From positions 1,344,001 through 1,408,000 of the forward strand of contig CBDFJF010000002.1 of assembly GCA_965248265.1 (NCBI GenBank): a stretch of DNA of 64,000 nucleotides, read 5' to 3'. Positions 42,601-53,043 of the stretch are shown here, in pieces. The notes under the pieces are model-generated. The model did no database searches. It saw only the letters and a list, made by a program, of their open reading frames with translations, and was not told the origin of the DNA. The position numbers and the translations under genes are program-made. The DNA is from Candidatus Latescibacterota bacterium (GTDB taxonomy: Bacteria; Latescibacterota; UBA2968; UBA8231). The first letter of the stretch is position 1. Each line of letters opens with the position of its first letter.

Positions 42601-43155
42601 GGGGCCGGTAACGCTGTTCGGGTTGCTCTCAATAGCGGCCGGATCGTCAATCTGCTCGGCGGTGACCTCGAAGGCGTGGAGATCGACCTGACCCGGAAGG
42701 AGTGGCAGTCTGTGGAGATTCCCCTGTCGCTCTTTGCCCTGGACGGACCCGTTGACGTCATCAAGCTGTCCGGGAATCTCAGCGGCCGCTTCTATGTGGA
42801 CGACATTCGGCTGGTGCGCGCCACCCCTGGGCAGATCACGGCGGTCGTCGAGGAAGAGGTCTCTATTTTGCCCGAGGAGTTTACCCTCGATCAGAACTAC
42901 CCCAACCCCTTCAACAGCGGCACCGTAATCCGCTTTGCACTGCCCAAGGCTGATGACGTGGAGCTCGTCGTCTACAACCTCGCCGGGCAGAGGGTCATGA
43001 ATCTGGCGCAGGGGCCGCGCAACGCCGGGTCCTACACGCTGCGCTGGGACGGGCGCGATGATGCGGGGCGCGAGCTGGCCAGCGGGATGTACCTGTATCG
43101 ACTGCAGGCGGGGGAACAGCTGGTGGAGACGCGGAAAATGGTGTTGTTACGATAA
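39700..43155 (+). pseudogene. Secreted CRTAC1/ASPIC + PD40(x6) + FlgD-Ig protein split by an in-frame TAG at 41866-41868 (ORFs 39700-41868 and 41872-43155)
   Basis: Same frame on both sides of the stop; SDRDGD*DVHVMDADG aligns with SERDGEWEIYVMNTDG in a sister repeat; C-terminal LDQNYPNPFN tail. Confidence 0.8.
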
Positions 43156-43210
43156 AGTGCGGAGGGTGCGCGCCACTTGTGCTCGGTATTGATGGGCATC
43201 GAGATAGTGC

Positions 43211-44203
43211 TCACAGCGGTAAAGAGACCGCCCGGCCCTGTGACGAGGACCTGTACGCCGCCTGCAGAAGTTCGGTGAGATTACGGCCGTCCTGGATGGT
43301 GATGCTCATTTCCGTTCCATCCTCGATCGCGTTGATCCACTGCTCGATGGCAGAGGGAAGCTCCTCCGGACCCCCGGCGACATAGTCTGCCGCCTCCTCG
43401 TCCGAAAGCACCGTCGTCTTCAACACCGGCGGCCCTGCTCCGATGGTCAAGGATCCCTCCGTGCCGAACAGTTCGAACGGGTTCGGACCCGATCGGTGAA
43501 CGAAGGAGACGTCCACCATACCGATGCCCTTGTTGGCGAACTCGATGATGGTCGCCGAGTTGTCATCGATGGTATAACGGCTACTGATGTTGTTGATGAT
43601 CGCCATTACCTTCTTCGGCTCTCCCATCATCCAGCGCACGGCGTCGATGCGGTGACAGCCCAGATCGAAGAGGGCCCCACCGCCCGCCTGTGCGGGATCG
43701 ACAAACCAGGCGCTGTCCCCGCCGAACCATTTATCCAGGGCAGCCGCATGGGCCACCCGGCCCCGGCACAGGGTGACATCGCCGAGCAGTCCGTCGTCGA
43801 TGGCCTTGCGCGCCAGAAGTAGATTTTTGTCGGACCGGTACGGGAGAGAGATCATGAATTTCACCCCCGCCGCCTCTACCGCGGTGATGATCCGGTCGCA
43901 CTCATCCACCGTGATCGCGAGGGCTTTTTCCGTGAAGATGTGCTTGCCGGCCCGGGCAGCCGCCACCATTACCTGCGGATGCAGGTTGGTTTCGGCATTG
44001 ACCATGACCGCATCGATGTCGAGCTCGAGCAGCTGGTCCAGGTCATCGCAGAACGGCACATTGAAGTCTTGTGCCGCAGACTGCCCTCTGGTTTCCTGGT
44101 GATCCCATACCGCGACCAGCTCCGCTCTGTCGTTGTCGCAGACCTGATCGGCATATGCCCTGGCGTGAACATGGGCAAAAGTCAGCACGCCAATTCTCAC
44201 CAT
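43211..44203 (-). CDS. Gfo/Idh/MocA family oxidoreductase
   Basis: AARAGKHIFTEKAL, GGGALFDLGCHRID, ELFGTEG. Confidence 0.9.
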   Translation of the reverse strand: MVRIGVLTFAHVHARAYADQVCDNDRAELVAVWDHQETRGQSAAQDFNVPFCDDLDQLLELDIDAVMVNAETNLHPQVMVAAARAGKHIFTEKALAITVDECDRIITAVEAAGVKFMISLPYRSDKNLLLARKAIDDGLLGDVTLCRGRVAHAAALDKWFGGDSAWFVDPAQAGGGALFDLGCHRIDAVRWMMGEPKKVMAIINNISSRYTIDDNSATIIEFANKGIGMVDVSFVHRSGPNPFELFGTEGSLTIGAGPPVLKTTVLSDEEAADYVAGGPEELPSAIEQWINAIEDGTEMSITIQDGRNLTELLQAAYRSSSQGRAVSLPL

Positions 44204-44219
44204 CTTTGCGGCTGCTCTT

Positions 44220-45410
44220 TCACCATCCCTTCCAGCTGCCGTCGGCATGGCGGTATTGACGAAATGCCATGGGCTGGTGCGGGATTTTGGCGATGTCCGC
44301 TTCCTTTACCTCGATCCCCAGGCCCGGCCGGTCGCTGACGTTGATGTAGCCATCCGCAATCTCCCAGTCGTGTTCGGCATAGCTGGAGAATCGCTCGAAG
44401 TACTGCGCAACCATTTCCAGAATCAGAAAATTCGGCGTGACCGCAGACGCGTGGAAGGTCGCCGCGTTGCCGATCGGACCGGCCACATTGTGGGGCGCCA
44501 TCAACATCTGCTGCCGGTTCGCCCTCTTGGCAATCTCGCAATAGGCCGTAATGCCAAAACAGTGGGTGATGTCCGGCTGCAGGAAGGCGCATGCCCGGCG
44601 CTGGATCAGCTCTTCGAATTCTCTGACGGTGAACAGCTGCTCACCCGTGGCGACAGGGATGGGGCTGCGCTGGGTGACGTCCATGAGCGCGTCGACGGAC
44701 CCGACCTTGACCGGCGCTTCGAGAAACATGGGGGAATACGGCGCCGCCCGGCGAGAGAATTCGATGCTCAACTCCGGGGTCGGGCTCCCGTGGGTGTCGA
44801 GGAGGATAGCGGGATCTGGCCCGATCGCTTCCCGCACCGCGGTGATGCACTCGAGGCTGCGATCGATCGCTGCCAGATCCATCGGCGCCTGTCGCGATTC
44901 GAGCGGGTTGCCCTTCACTCCGCCGTAGCCGTTGGCAATATGTCGTTGGGCGGTCTCTGCTGCCTCGCTGGGGGAGCTTTCGATGAGCCCGCCGCTGGCG
45001 TAGACTTGAAGGCGGTCCCTTCGCTTGCCACCCAGAATCGTATGCACGGGCACCCCCCAGGCCTTACCGGCAATGTCGTACAGGGCCATGTTTATGGCGG
45101 CGATCGCCGTGCCGATGATGGGCCCGCCTTTCCAGGGGGAGAACAGCTCGACGTCGTCGGTCAGCGCTTCGACCTGGGTCGGATCCCGGTCGAGCAAGAG
45201 TGGAACCAGCTCCTGCAGCATCGTCTCCACAGAGCCTACCAGCCACTCTCCACTGCCCTCGCCCCAGCCACTGATTCCGGCATCGGTTTCGAGCTTCAGG
45301 AAGAGCCAGCTTTTGTGCGTGCTGCACATCAATTCGCCGGTACCGGGATCGCGGATTTCCTGGCCCGTGGGCACGGACAACGGATAGGTTTTTACCGATG
45401 TGATTTTCAT
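44220..45410 (-). CDS. Mandelate racemase / enolase superfamily dehydratase (DgoD-like)
   Basis: WLFLKLETDAGISGWGE, MALYDIAGK, LLDTHG, ATGE, QPDITHC.G, APHN. Confidence 0.9.
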   Translation of the reverse strand: MKITSVKTYPLSVPTGQEIRDPGTGELMCSTHKSWLFLKLETDAGISGWGEGSGEWLVGSVETMLQELVPLLLDRDPTQVEALTDDVELFSPWKGGPIIGTAIAAINMALYDIAGKAWGVPVHTILGGKRRDRLQVYASGGLIESSPSEAAETAQRHIANGYGGVKGNPLESRQAPMDLAAIDRSLECITAVREAIGPDPAILLDTHGSPTPELSIEFSRRAAPYSPMFLEAPVKVGSVDALMDVTQRSPIPVATGEQLFTVREFEELIQRRACAFLQPDITHCFGITAYCEIAKRANRQQMLMAPHNVAGPIGNAATFHASAVTPNFLILEMVAQYFERFSSYAEHDWEIADGYINVSDRPGLGIEVKEADIAKIPHQPMAFRQYRHADGSWKGW

Positions 45411-45494
45411 GATGTAATCTTCATGGCAGCGATAGTATGATTCGTACCCGGCGATTTGTCGAGAGGATGTTTTCAGCTACAACAGGAGGCAGGT

Positions 45495-46612
45495 ATGGCC
45501 GTCATCGAAGTCCTGGACCATCACATTGTCTACGAGAACCCCCGGCCCCAGAATCGCGCCCGGCACGGCTACTTCCCCGGCCTGGTGCAGCTGCCATCGG
45601 GTGAGTTGTGGCCCTGTTCATTCTTGGCGAAGCGCTCGAGGCGGCCGACGTGACGACGATGGTGACCCGTTCGCAGGATGGGGGACGCACCTGGAATCTG
45701 GAAGGCCCGCTGATTCAGAAAGGGGACGCCGACCGCTACAACTCCGACTACATGAAGCCGACGCTGTTGAAGGACGGCAGGCTGCTGGCCCTGGGTTACA
45801 ATTTTCATCGTACCGATCCGGATCAGACCCTCGTCAACCCGGAACCGGGGGTCGATGGGTGCCGAGATGGCGACAACCTGGTTTCGTTCTCCGAAGATGA
45901 TGGACATACCTGGTCACACCCCACCGTCATCCCCCGAAAGCACCCGGAGTTGATCGAGCAGTCCGGACCTGCGATTCAGCTGCGCAGCGGGGTCCTGCTG
46001 GGGGCCGGCTCGATGTTCCCACTCTGGGACGGTGGCAATCCCAGCGGCTGCGTCGGGGCGCTGTGGCGCAGCGAGGACGACGGCCAGACCTGGGACGACA
46101 GCACTCACTTCTTCGAAGATCCCGCCGGACGATACGCGCCGGCCGAACCGAGGCTGTGCGAAATGCAGGACGATCGCATCATCTCTCTGAACTGGATGTT
46201 GGATCACCTCAGCGGCACCAACGTGACCAATCACATTACGGTGTCCGACGACGGTGGCGCAACCTGGTCTGAACCGATCGACACGGGTGTCTGGGCTCAG
46301 GCCTCGAATCTGATGCATTGGGAAGAGGACATCCTGCTGACCATCCACTGCCACCGAGAGGGCGAAGAAATCGGGCTGTTCGTGAGGATCGTTGACCTGG
46401 CCGGAGACCGCTGGCGCATCATCGAGGAGTGCAAGGTCTGGGGGAACGTCCCATCGATGAAAATCGGCGGCTATTCGACCATGGGTCAGAATCTCCGGTT
46501 TGGACAGTCATCCCTTCTACGCCTGGATACGGGTGATATCTTGGCGACTCACTGGGTGGTCGTGGAGGGACAGGGCCGCATCCTTACGCATCGGCTGCGG
46601 GTTGCGGTCTAG
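45495..46612 (+). pseudogene. BNR sialidase-like protein with a 1-nt frameshift near 45608
   Basis: MAVIEV...GYFPGLVQLPSGEL (RBS AGGAGG) continues in another frame as ALFILGEALE...RSQDGGRTW; the sequence GAG TTG TG GCC lacks one base. Confidence 0.75.
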
Positions 46613-46688
46613 GAGCCTGTGGCCGAGCACATCCTATGCTACGCAATTGCTCGACCTCGCCTACGAAGCGACTTTTCACCACGGGCTC
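46613..46688. repeat. Short MITE/REP-like element after a CTAG stop
   Basis: GAGCCTGTGG ... CCACGGGCTC inverted ends, similar to the ends of the 14417 element; also follows CTAG. Confidence 0.45.
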
Positions 46689-46776
46689 CCGAGGGCATGG
46701 TAGGGCTGCTGCGGTCCTCTCTGTGTAGATTTCCGCGACGGGTTCCTTAACGCGATTCGACCGTGAGAAGAGGTTA

Positions 46777-47637
46777 ATGATGGCTAAAGCCGAGCCGAAG
46801 ATCCGGGTAACGGAAGAGCAGGTCGAGTTTTTCTGCAGGGAAGGCTACCTGGCGATCGAGCGGATTACGAGCGACGAAGAGGTCGAGCGTCTGCGGGCGA
46901 CCTACGACGAACTCTTCGAGCGCCGCGCCGGCCGTGAGGAGGGCAGGCAGTACGACCTGGCCGGCACCGACGAGGAAGACTCGGTGGCAACCCTGCCGCA
47001 GATTCTGGAGCCACGCCAGTATGCGGCACAGCTGCGCAACACCCATTACGAGGCCAATGGCCTCGCCATCGCCGAACAACTTTTGGGGGGTCTGGCCGAG
47101 ACGCTACAGGAGCAAGTTCTGTCGTCTGAAATCGTCGACCTGGGCTTGCACGCCATCCTCAAGCCGGCGGGGATCGGTAGCGAAACGCCGTGGCACCAGG
47201 ACGAGGCTTACTGGGACCCGGCGAAGTACTTTCACGGCCTGAGCGTGTGGATGCCGCTTCAGGAGGCGACCGAAGAGAACGGCTGCATGTGCTTCATCCC
47301 GCGGACCCACACCGGAGAAGTGCTGCCGCACCACCACGCCGGCGACGACCCGAGGATCGAGGCCCTGGTGGTGGACGATGGCCACATCGACGTCTCCCAG
47401 GCAGTGGCCTGTCCGATCCCGGCCGGAGGTGCCACCTTTCATTTCTGCCGCACCTTTCACTATACCGGGCCCAACCGCTCGGTGGTACCGCGTCGTGCTC
47501 TCGCTCTGACCTGCTGCTTACCGCAGTCGACCCGTGAGGTCTCGCGCGACTTTTTCTGGCAGGGGGAGAAACGGACCAACGCGGGAAAGAGGAGAGAGGA
47601 AGCGGCCCGGCGCCTGACAGAATCAGAGAAGGACTGA
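46777..47637 (+). CDS. PhyH-family Fe(II)/2OG dioxygenase
   Basis: VEFFCREGYL, LKP, TPWHQD, SVWMPL...ENGCM, HYTGPN...RRA. Confidence 0.92.
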   Translation: MMAKAEPKIRVTEEQVEFFCREGYLAIERITSDEEVERLRATYDELFERRAGREEGRQYDLAGTDEEDSVATLPQILEPRQYAAQLRNTHYEANGLAIAEQLLGGLAETLQEQVLSSEIVDLGLHAILKPAGIGSETPWHQDEAYWDPAKYFHGLSVWMPLQEATEENGCMCFIPRTHTGEVLPHHHAGDDPRIEALVVDDGHIDVSQAVACPIPAGGATFHFCRTFHYTGPNRSVVPRRALALTCCLPQSTREVSRDFFWQGEKRTNAGKRREEAARRLTESEKD

Positions 47638-47688
47638 GACGGGCCGGCGCCGTCGGCATCAACCAGTTGAGAGGAGTGGGGCAAGCGT

Positions 47689-49022
47689 ATGTCTGGAACA
47701 CCATCGGGACTTTTTCATCGTGATCCGACCTACACCTATCCCGTCATCGTTCGGGGGGACGGAATCTATCTCTATGATGAAGCGGGCAAGCGCTACATCG
47801 ACGGTGGTGCCGGAGCGACGAATGTAACCCTGGGACATGGTCGCGAGCGCATCGCCGCGGCGATGGCACAACAGGCGGGTGAGCTCGCATACGTCTTCTC
47901 GGCGCGTTTGGCGAATCAGCCGGCGATCGAGTTCGCCGACCGCATCGCGGCGATCGCCCCCGGAGACCTGAACCATGTCTACTTCGTGTCCGGGGGATCG
48001 GAAGCCAACGAAAGCGCGCTCAAGATGGTGCGGTTATACCATCAGGAGCGGGGCAACGGTGACAAGCGGCTGGTGATCTCACGCTGGCGCAGCTATCACG
48101 GCGCGACACTCGGTGCCCTGTCGCTGACAGGTATCCCATCGCTGAGGAAAAACTTCGATTCGTGGCTGCTGCCGTTTCCGCACATAGATCCCTGCTATCC
48201 CTACAGATGCCCCTTGGGCTGTGAGGGCTCCTGCAATCTTGCCTGTGCCGATGCTCTGGAGCAGGCGATTCTCGAATCCGGGCCGGAAAACGTGGCGGCC
48301 TTCATCGCGGATCCGATAGGCCCGGCGGCTGTTTCCGTGCCCCCGCCCGACTACTACTCGCGGATTCGCGAGATATGCGACCAGTACGACGTCCTGTTCA
48401 TCGTCGACGAAGTCATCACCGGCTTCGGCAGAACGGGGAAGTTTTTCGCCATCGAACACTGGGATACCTTCCCGACATGATCACCTTCGGAAAAGGAGCC
48501 AGCAGCGGTTATTGTCCTCTGGGCGGTGTGATTCTGACCGATCGGGTACGGGAGGCCGTGACCGAATCGGGCAACAGCTTTCCCCATATTTTTACCTACG
48601 TCAACAATCCCCTTGCCGCCCGCGTCGGACTCGAGGTGCTGGATATCATCGAAGAAGAAAACATGATCGCTCGCGTTGCCGAGGCAGGCGATCAACTGTT
48701 TGAACGGGCAGCGGAGCTACGCCAACATCCGATTGTGGGGGATGTGCGCGGTAAGGGCCTGCTGCTGGGAGTGGAATTGGTGAAGGATAGGGCCACCAAG
48801 GAGCCTTTCCCCCCATCCTTGGAAGTGAACAAACGGTTGGACAAGATCTTCATACGAAAAGGTTTGTCGTGCGCCACGGGGGGTGCTTCAACGGAATGGA
48901 CGAGTAGTGATGACTTCCTCCTGTCACCGCCGTTCGTCATCACCGGACCTCAAATCAACGAGCTAGTCCAAATCATCGACGAGGGACTGGCCGAGCTTCA
49001 GGAGGAACTATCCGGTCTGTGA
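47689..49022 (+). pseudogene. Class III PLP aminotransferase with a 1-nt frameshift at about 48470
   Basis: YIDG, SGGSEANE, SYHG.T, DEVITGFGRTG in the first frame; PDMITFGKG and DVRGKGL in the second; ACC TTC CC GAC ATG is one C short. Confidence 0.85.
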
Positions 49023-49051
49023 ATCGGCGACACCTGTCGATGGCCGGCACA
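48928..49051 (+). repeat. About 124-bp direct repeat A, copy 1 (aminotransferase 3' end and trailer)
   Basis: Nearly identical to 54460-54584. Confidence 0.9.
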
Positions 49052-49090
49052 TCATGCGAGTACGTCGTGCGAGTAGGTCATGCGAGTACA
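49052..49090 (+). repeat. 3 x 13-bp tandem repeat
   Basis: TCATGCGAGTACG TCGTGCGAGTAGG TCATGCGAGTACA. Confidence 0.85.
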
Positions 49091-49171
49091 CGGACGACGA
49101 TCAACGCCCTCGAAAAGCCTCAAAAGCGCTTGACTGACTCCCGATAAAGCTGTTTATAACCACTAACCATC
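49091..49171 (+). repeat. Direct repeat B, copy 1, containing a promoter-like TTGACT...TATAAC
   Basis: 49101-49171 matches 52973-53043 with one mismatch. Confidence 0.9.
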
Positions 49172-49358
49172 TCATCTGGTGATTTTAACTGTTGAAAAGG
49201 GGGATTTGTCGATAGTATACCAGCTCGGCAGAGATCCTGGGAGTCCGAAGGCCGCCAAGCTTCGATTGGCCTGATTTAGTGCCTGGTCGCCGCTGATAGG
49301 TTGTGCCTTCAATGCTTATTCCCGAGCCGGCCAGGCCGTTTTCGCAAGGTACGACATC

Positions 49359-52300
49359 GTGGAATTGAGTAAGGATGTGGGAGTGTTTGACGGCAAGAGA
49401 GCGGCTGTTATCTCAATTGTAAGCCGAGCACTCTGTGCCGTCCTGCTACTCCTGATCGCCTGCGTCTTCGCTGCGCCCGCGGACGCGCAGTTCCATAAGC
49501 GCGCCACCGCCTACCGCGCCACCGGCCCGCTCGAGATCGATGGCCGGCTCGACGAAGCTTCGTGGGCCTCTGTCGCTCGACTGGGGCCCTTCGCCGATTT
49601 GGAGTCGAGCGCAAAGGCCCGCAACGAGACGTTCTCCCGCCTCCTGTGGGACGACGACTACCTCTACATCGCATTCGAGTGTGAGGATCCGGATGTGCGG
49701 GCGACGAAGTCGCGCCGGGACCAGCGGGTTAATGAGGACGACATGGTCGAGGTTCAACTCGATCCGGATGGGGATGGACGGGACTACCTGATTTTCTCCG
49801 TGAATCCGTTGAACACGCTTGGCGATCGCCACCAGGAACGCGCCTACACGGAAGGGGAAGATGACATCTACCATCTCGACTGGGATGCGGAAGGCGTGCT
49901 CACAGGCGTGCACATCGAGGGGACGCTCGAGGAACGCGCGGATCGAGATCGACGCTGGTCCGTGGAGATCGGGCTGCCCTGGAAGGCCCTGGAGACCTAT
50001 GCCGGCGGCCAACAGGTGCCGCCGACCGAGGACTCTGTGTGGCGCGTCGGACTCTATCGGCTCGACCTGTGGGGCGAAGGCGATGACGAAGGCCATGAGA
50101 AAACGGCGTGGTCTCCCACACGCCAGCGGTTCTGGGAAGATGCCGAGCGCTTCGGAGCCGTGCTGTTCTCGGAAGAAACCGCCATGGACCGTCCGGCGCT
50201 GAGCCTCGCGAAGTACGCGACCCGGAATCCGGCCAGATCTGACGAGCGCCGTTCGTTGCCAGCGCCGGGTGAGGAGCTCGTCGTCGAGGTCACGCTCCGG
50301 AACCAGGGTAACAGGACTGCGACCGACATCACCGCCACGCTACGGGGCACCGATCCCCAGGTGACGGTGCTGGATTCCGTCGTGGAGGTGGGCCGCATCG
50401 ACGCTCTCGATACCGCCACAGCCGGGTCCTTCCGCCTACAAGTCGGGATGGGCTACACGCCGAACACGCCCCTGCCTGTGAGATTGCACCTGCGCGACCG
50501 GTCCGATCGACGCTGGGTCGAGGGACTGGACCTCTACCTCGACTTCATCGAGGACCGGCCGTACAGCCGAAGGGACGTCGAAGGCAAGAGGTTCGTCGCG
50601 CTGACGACTTGGCGGTATCACCCCGGCGATGACATGGCGTGGGCCGATCCAGCCTTCGACGACAGCTCCTGGGAGCTGGTGAATTCCATCCTGACTCGCG
50701 ATGACCTGCCGGAGGCAGGCTGGCAGGGCATCGGCTGGTTCCGGCGGCGCGCGATGGTCGATTCCACCCTGTGGAACAGATCGCTGGCGCTGATTGTGGA
50801 AGAATCCTCCGGGGCCGCCGAAATTTACCTGGACGGCAGGCTGCTCTACACCCTCGGCACCGTGGGTACGTCGGCCGCGGAGGAGGAGGCCCGTCGGGAC
50901 CCGAATCCGAAAGTGATCCCCCTCGACGATTCTCCAGCCCACGTGATCGCCGTGCGGTTTTCGAACTTTTCCGCCGAGCAGTTCTTCGCACTGAGGGGGC
51001 CGGCGGGCTTCTCTCTCGCGCTGGCTGGCCTGAACGAGAGCATCGCTCGGCGGGCGGAAAACGCCCGGGAATCCTCGGTTTATCAGACGGTGGCCACAGT
51101 TCTGCCCCTGGTCCTGGCCATTCTGCACCTGTTGCTGTTCCTCTTCTATCCGCGTCATCGCCAGAACCTGTACTACGCGGTCTCTACCGCGCTGTTCGCC
51201 TCTATCATGTACCTCTCATTCCAGTTCCAGTTCAGCACCGATCCAACCGAGCTGCCGGAATTCTTTCGGGGTTTCAAGATCCTCTTCGTCCTCGCTTTCC
51301 TGGCCACGGCACAGTTCGCGTATTCTCTGTTCTACACCCGAGTGCCCCACCAGTTCTGGGTATTCTTCGCCGCCGGCGTGGTGTTGATCGTCTGGGACTG
51401 GATCGACCCGGCAGAGGACCCGACCTACCAAGGCGTGTTCGTATCGATCCTGCTCGTCGAGATCGCCCGGGTGATCGTCACCGCTGTCATCCGCAGAAGG
51501 GCCGGGGCGTGGATCATCGGCCTGGGATTCGCGGGCCTGATCCTGGGGTTTGCGCACTTCTTCGCCGTAATCCTCGATGTCCTGCGGCCTGTCGATGCGC
51601 CGCTCCCCATCTATGGAGGACTTTGCCTCCTCGCCTCGATGTCGGTTTTCCTGGCCCGCACCTTCGCCCGCACGAATCGAGACCTCGAGGAGCAGATTGT
51701 CCAGGTCCAGAAGCTGTCCGCCCAGACGCTCGAGCAGCGCGACCAGGCGCGCACCGAGCTGGTGCGGGAACGCCGACAGCGCATCCAGGTGCAGCCACAC
51801 GAGATCGAGCACTGGACTCTCGAGGACTTCGTCGGTTCGAGTGCGTCCTGGCAGTCGGTCCGCTCTCGAATCCGCGATCTTCAGCCGGACGACAGCCGCA
51901 CGCTGATCCATGGCGAAGCCGGTACAGGCAAGGAGCTGGTCGCTCGGGCGATCCACGCAGGCAGCCGGCGAGCAGATCAAGCCTTCGTCGCGGTGCGATG
52001 CGCCGGACTGCCGAGACAGGTAGAGTCGCTGACTCAGCGGACCGAGGCGCTGTCCATTCTGTTCGGCCATACGCAAGGCGCCTTCCCCGGTGCTACAGAA
52101 GACCGTCAAGGGCTTCTTCAGCAGGCGCAGGGAGGTACTTTATTCTTCGACGAGGTCGGTCTACTACCGGTGGCTCTGCAGGCGCACCTGATGCGAGTGT
52201 TCGCACAGGGAGAGGTGCGACTGACCGGCGCCTCCGACAGCGATCCTCTCGACGTGCGGGTGATGGCCGCCACCAGCGAGGATCTGGAGATGCAGGTCGA

Positions 52301-52589
52301 AGTAGATGGCTTCAACCGTAAACTGTACGAGTACCTGGCGACGAACGTGGTGGCCGTACCGCCGTTGCGGGATCGGCGGGAGGACATCGCCCCGCTGGCC
52401 CGGCAGATCGCCGATAGTGCGTCGAGAGAGCTGGGGCTGGATTCAGCACCTATTAGCGACGAAGTGCTGGCATTGCTCGATGAGTACGGCTTCCCAGGGA
52501 ACGTACGACAGCTCCGGCGTACCTTGGAGCAGGCGCTGAGGATGAGCAGCGGTCCGATCAAGCCAGAGGATATCAGCCTGCAGGCATAG
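49359..52589 (+). CDS. Membrane receptor: CBM9-like + Ig-like + galactose-binding-like + 7TM region + degenerate sigma54-activator AAA+ domain (no HTH); start uncertain
   Basis: IDGRLDEASW, LWDDDYLYIAF, WSVEIGLPW; WRYHPGDD..WA.P.FDDSSW, GIGWFR, AEIYLDG; about 7 TM helices; GEAGTGKELVARAIH, LFGH..GAFPGA, GGTLFFDEVG, FPGNVRQL. Confidence 0.85.
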   Translation: MELSKDVGVFDGKRAAVISIVSRALCAVLLLLIACVFAAPADAQFHKRATAYRATGPLEIDGRLDEASWASVARLGPFADLESSAKARNETFSRLLWDDDYLYIAFECEDPDVRATKSRRDQRVNEDDMVEVQLDPDGDGRDYLIFSVNPLNTLGDRHQERAYTEGEDDIYHLDWDAEGVLTGVHIEGTLEERADRDRRWSVEIGLPWKALETYAGGQQVPPTEDSVWRVGLYRLDLWGEGDDEGHEKTAWSPTRQRFWEDAERFGAVLFSEETAMDRPALSLAKYATRNPARSDERRSLPAPGEELVVEVTLRNQGNRTATDITATLRGTDPQVTVLDSVVEVGRIDALDTATAGSFRLQVGMGYTPNTPLPVRLHLRDRSDRRWVEGLDLYLDFIEDRPYSRRDVEGKRFVALTTWRYHPGDDMAWADPAFDDSSWELVNSILTRDDLPEAGWQGIGWFRRRAMVDSTLWNRSLALIVEESSGAAEIYLDGRLLYTLGTVGTSAAEEEARRDPNPKVIPLDDSPAHVIAVRFSNFSAEQFFALRGPAGFSLALAGLNESIARRAENARESSVYQTVATVLPLVLAILHLLLFLFYPRHRQNLYYAVSTALFASIMYLSFQFQFSTDPTELPEFFRGFKILFVLAFLATAQFAYSLFYTRVPHQFWVFFAAGVVLIVWDWIDPAEDPTYQGVFVSILLVEIARVIVTAVIRRRAGAWIIGLGFAGLILGFAHFFAVILDVLRPVDAPLPIYGGLCLLASMSVFLARTFARTNRDLEEQIVQVQKLSAQTLEQRDQARTELVRERRQRIQVQPHEIEHWTLEDFVGSSASWQSVRSRIRDLQPDDSRTLIHGEAGTGKELVARAIHAGSRRADQAFVAVRCAGLPRQVESLTQRTEALSILFGHTQGAFPGATEDRQGLLQQAQGGTLFFDEVGLLPVALQAHLMRVFAQGEVRLTGASDSDPLDVRVMAATSEDLEMQVEVDGFNRKLYEYLATNVVAVPPLRDRREDIAPLARQIADSASRELGLDSAPISDEVLALLDEYGFPGNVRQLRRTLEQALRMSSGPIKPEDISLQA

Positions 52590-52942
52590 AAGTGGCGGTC
52601 AGGGCTGAGAACGGCGGATAAAATTCGCTGATCGAAAGAGGATGTCGTCCCGCCGAATCGGAATGGAGGTACGGCCTGTACCATATGCGCCTTCACGAGT
52701 AACAGGGATCATTGCCAACCCTGCATTAAGTGATTTGTGAGTTTGCGGTGCGTGATCCAACCGATAACACCGCGCTCGCGCTGCGCGGATTCGCAAAACC
52801 GAGAACCGCTGTCGGCAACCTGGTTTCTGTCTTTGTTCTGGAAATCTGACGCCCAGTTGTTGAATCGAAACCAATCGCTAACAGCTGCCGCTGCGCCCGC
52901 AGAGGCTGATCCGGGCAGCCTGTCCGCTGGTCCATCGTTCAC

Positions 52943-53043
52943 CGGACGACGATCAACGCACAAGAACGGCCCTCAACGCCCTCGAAAAGCCTCAAAAGCG
53001 CTTGACTGACTCCCGATAACGCTGTTTATAACCACTAACCATC
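52943..53043 (+). repeat. Direct repeat B, copy 2
   Basis: Matches 49091-49171 with an extra 20 bp bounded by a TCAACGC microhomology. Confidence 0.9.

Noticed and set aside
50771-52321. 516-aa alternative-frame ORF inside the receptor gene, and many similar overlapping ORFs
   Set aside because: Arg/Pro/Gly-rich off-frame translations typical of high-GC DNA; no motifs.
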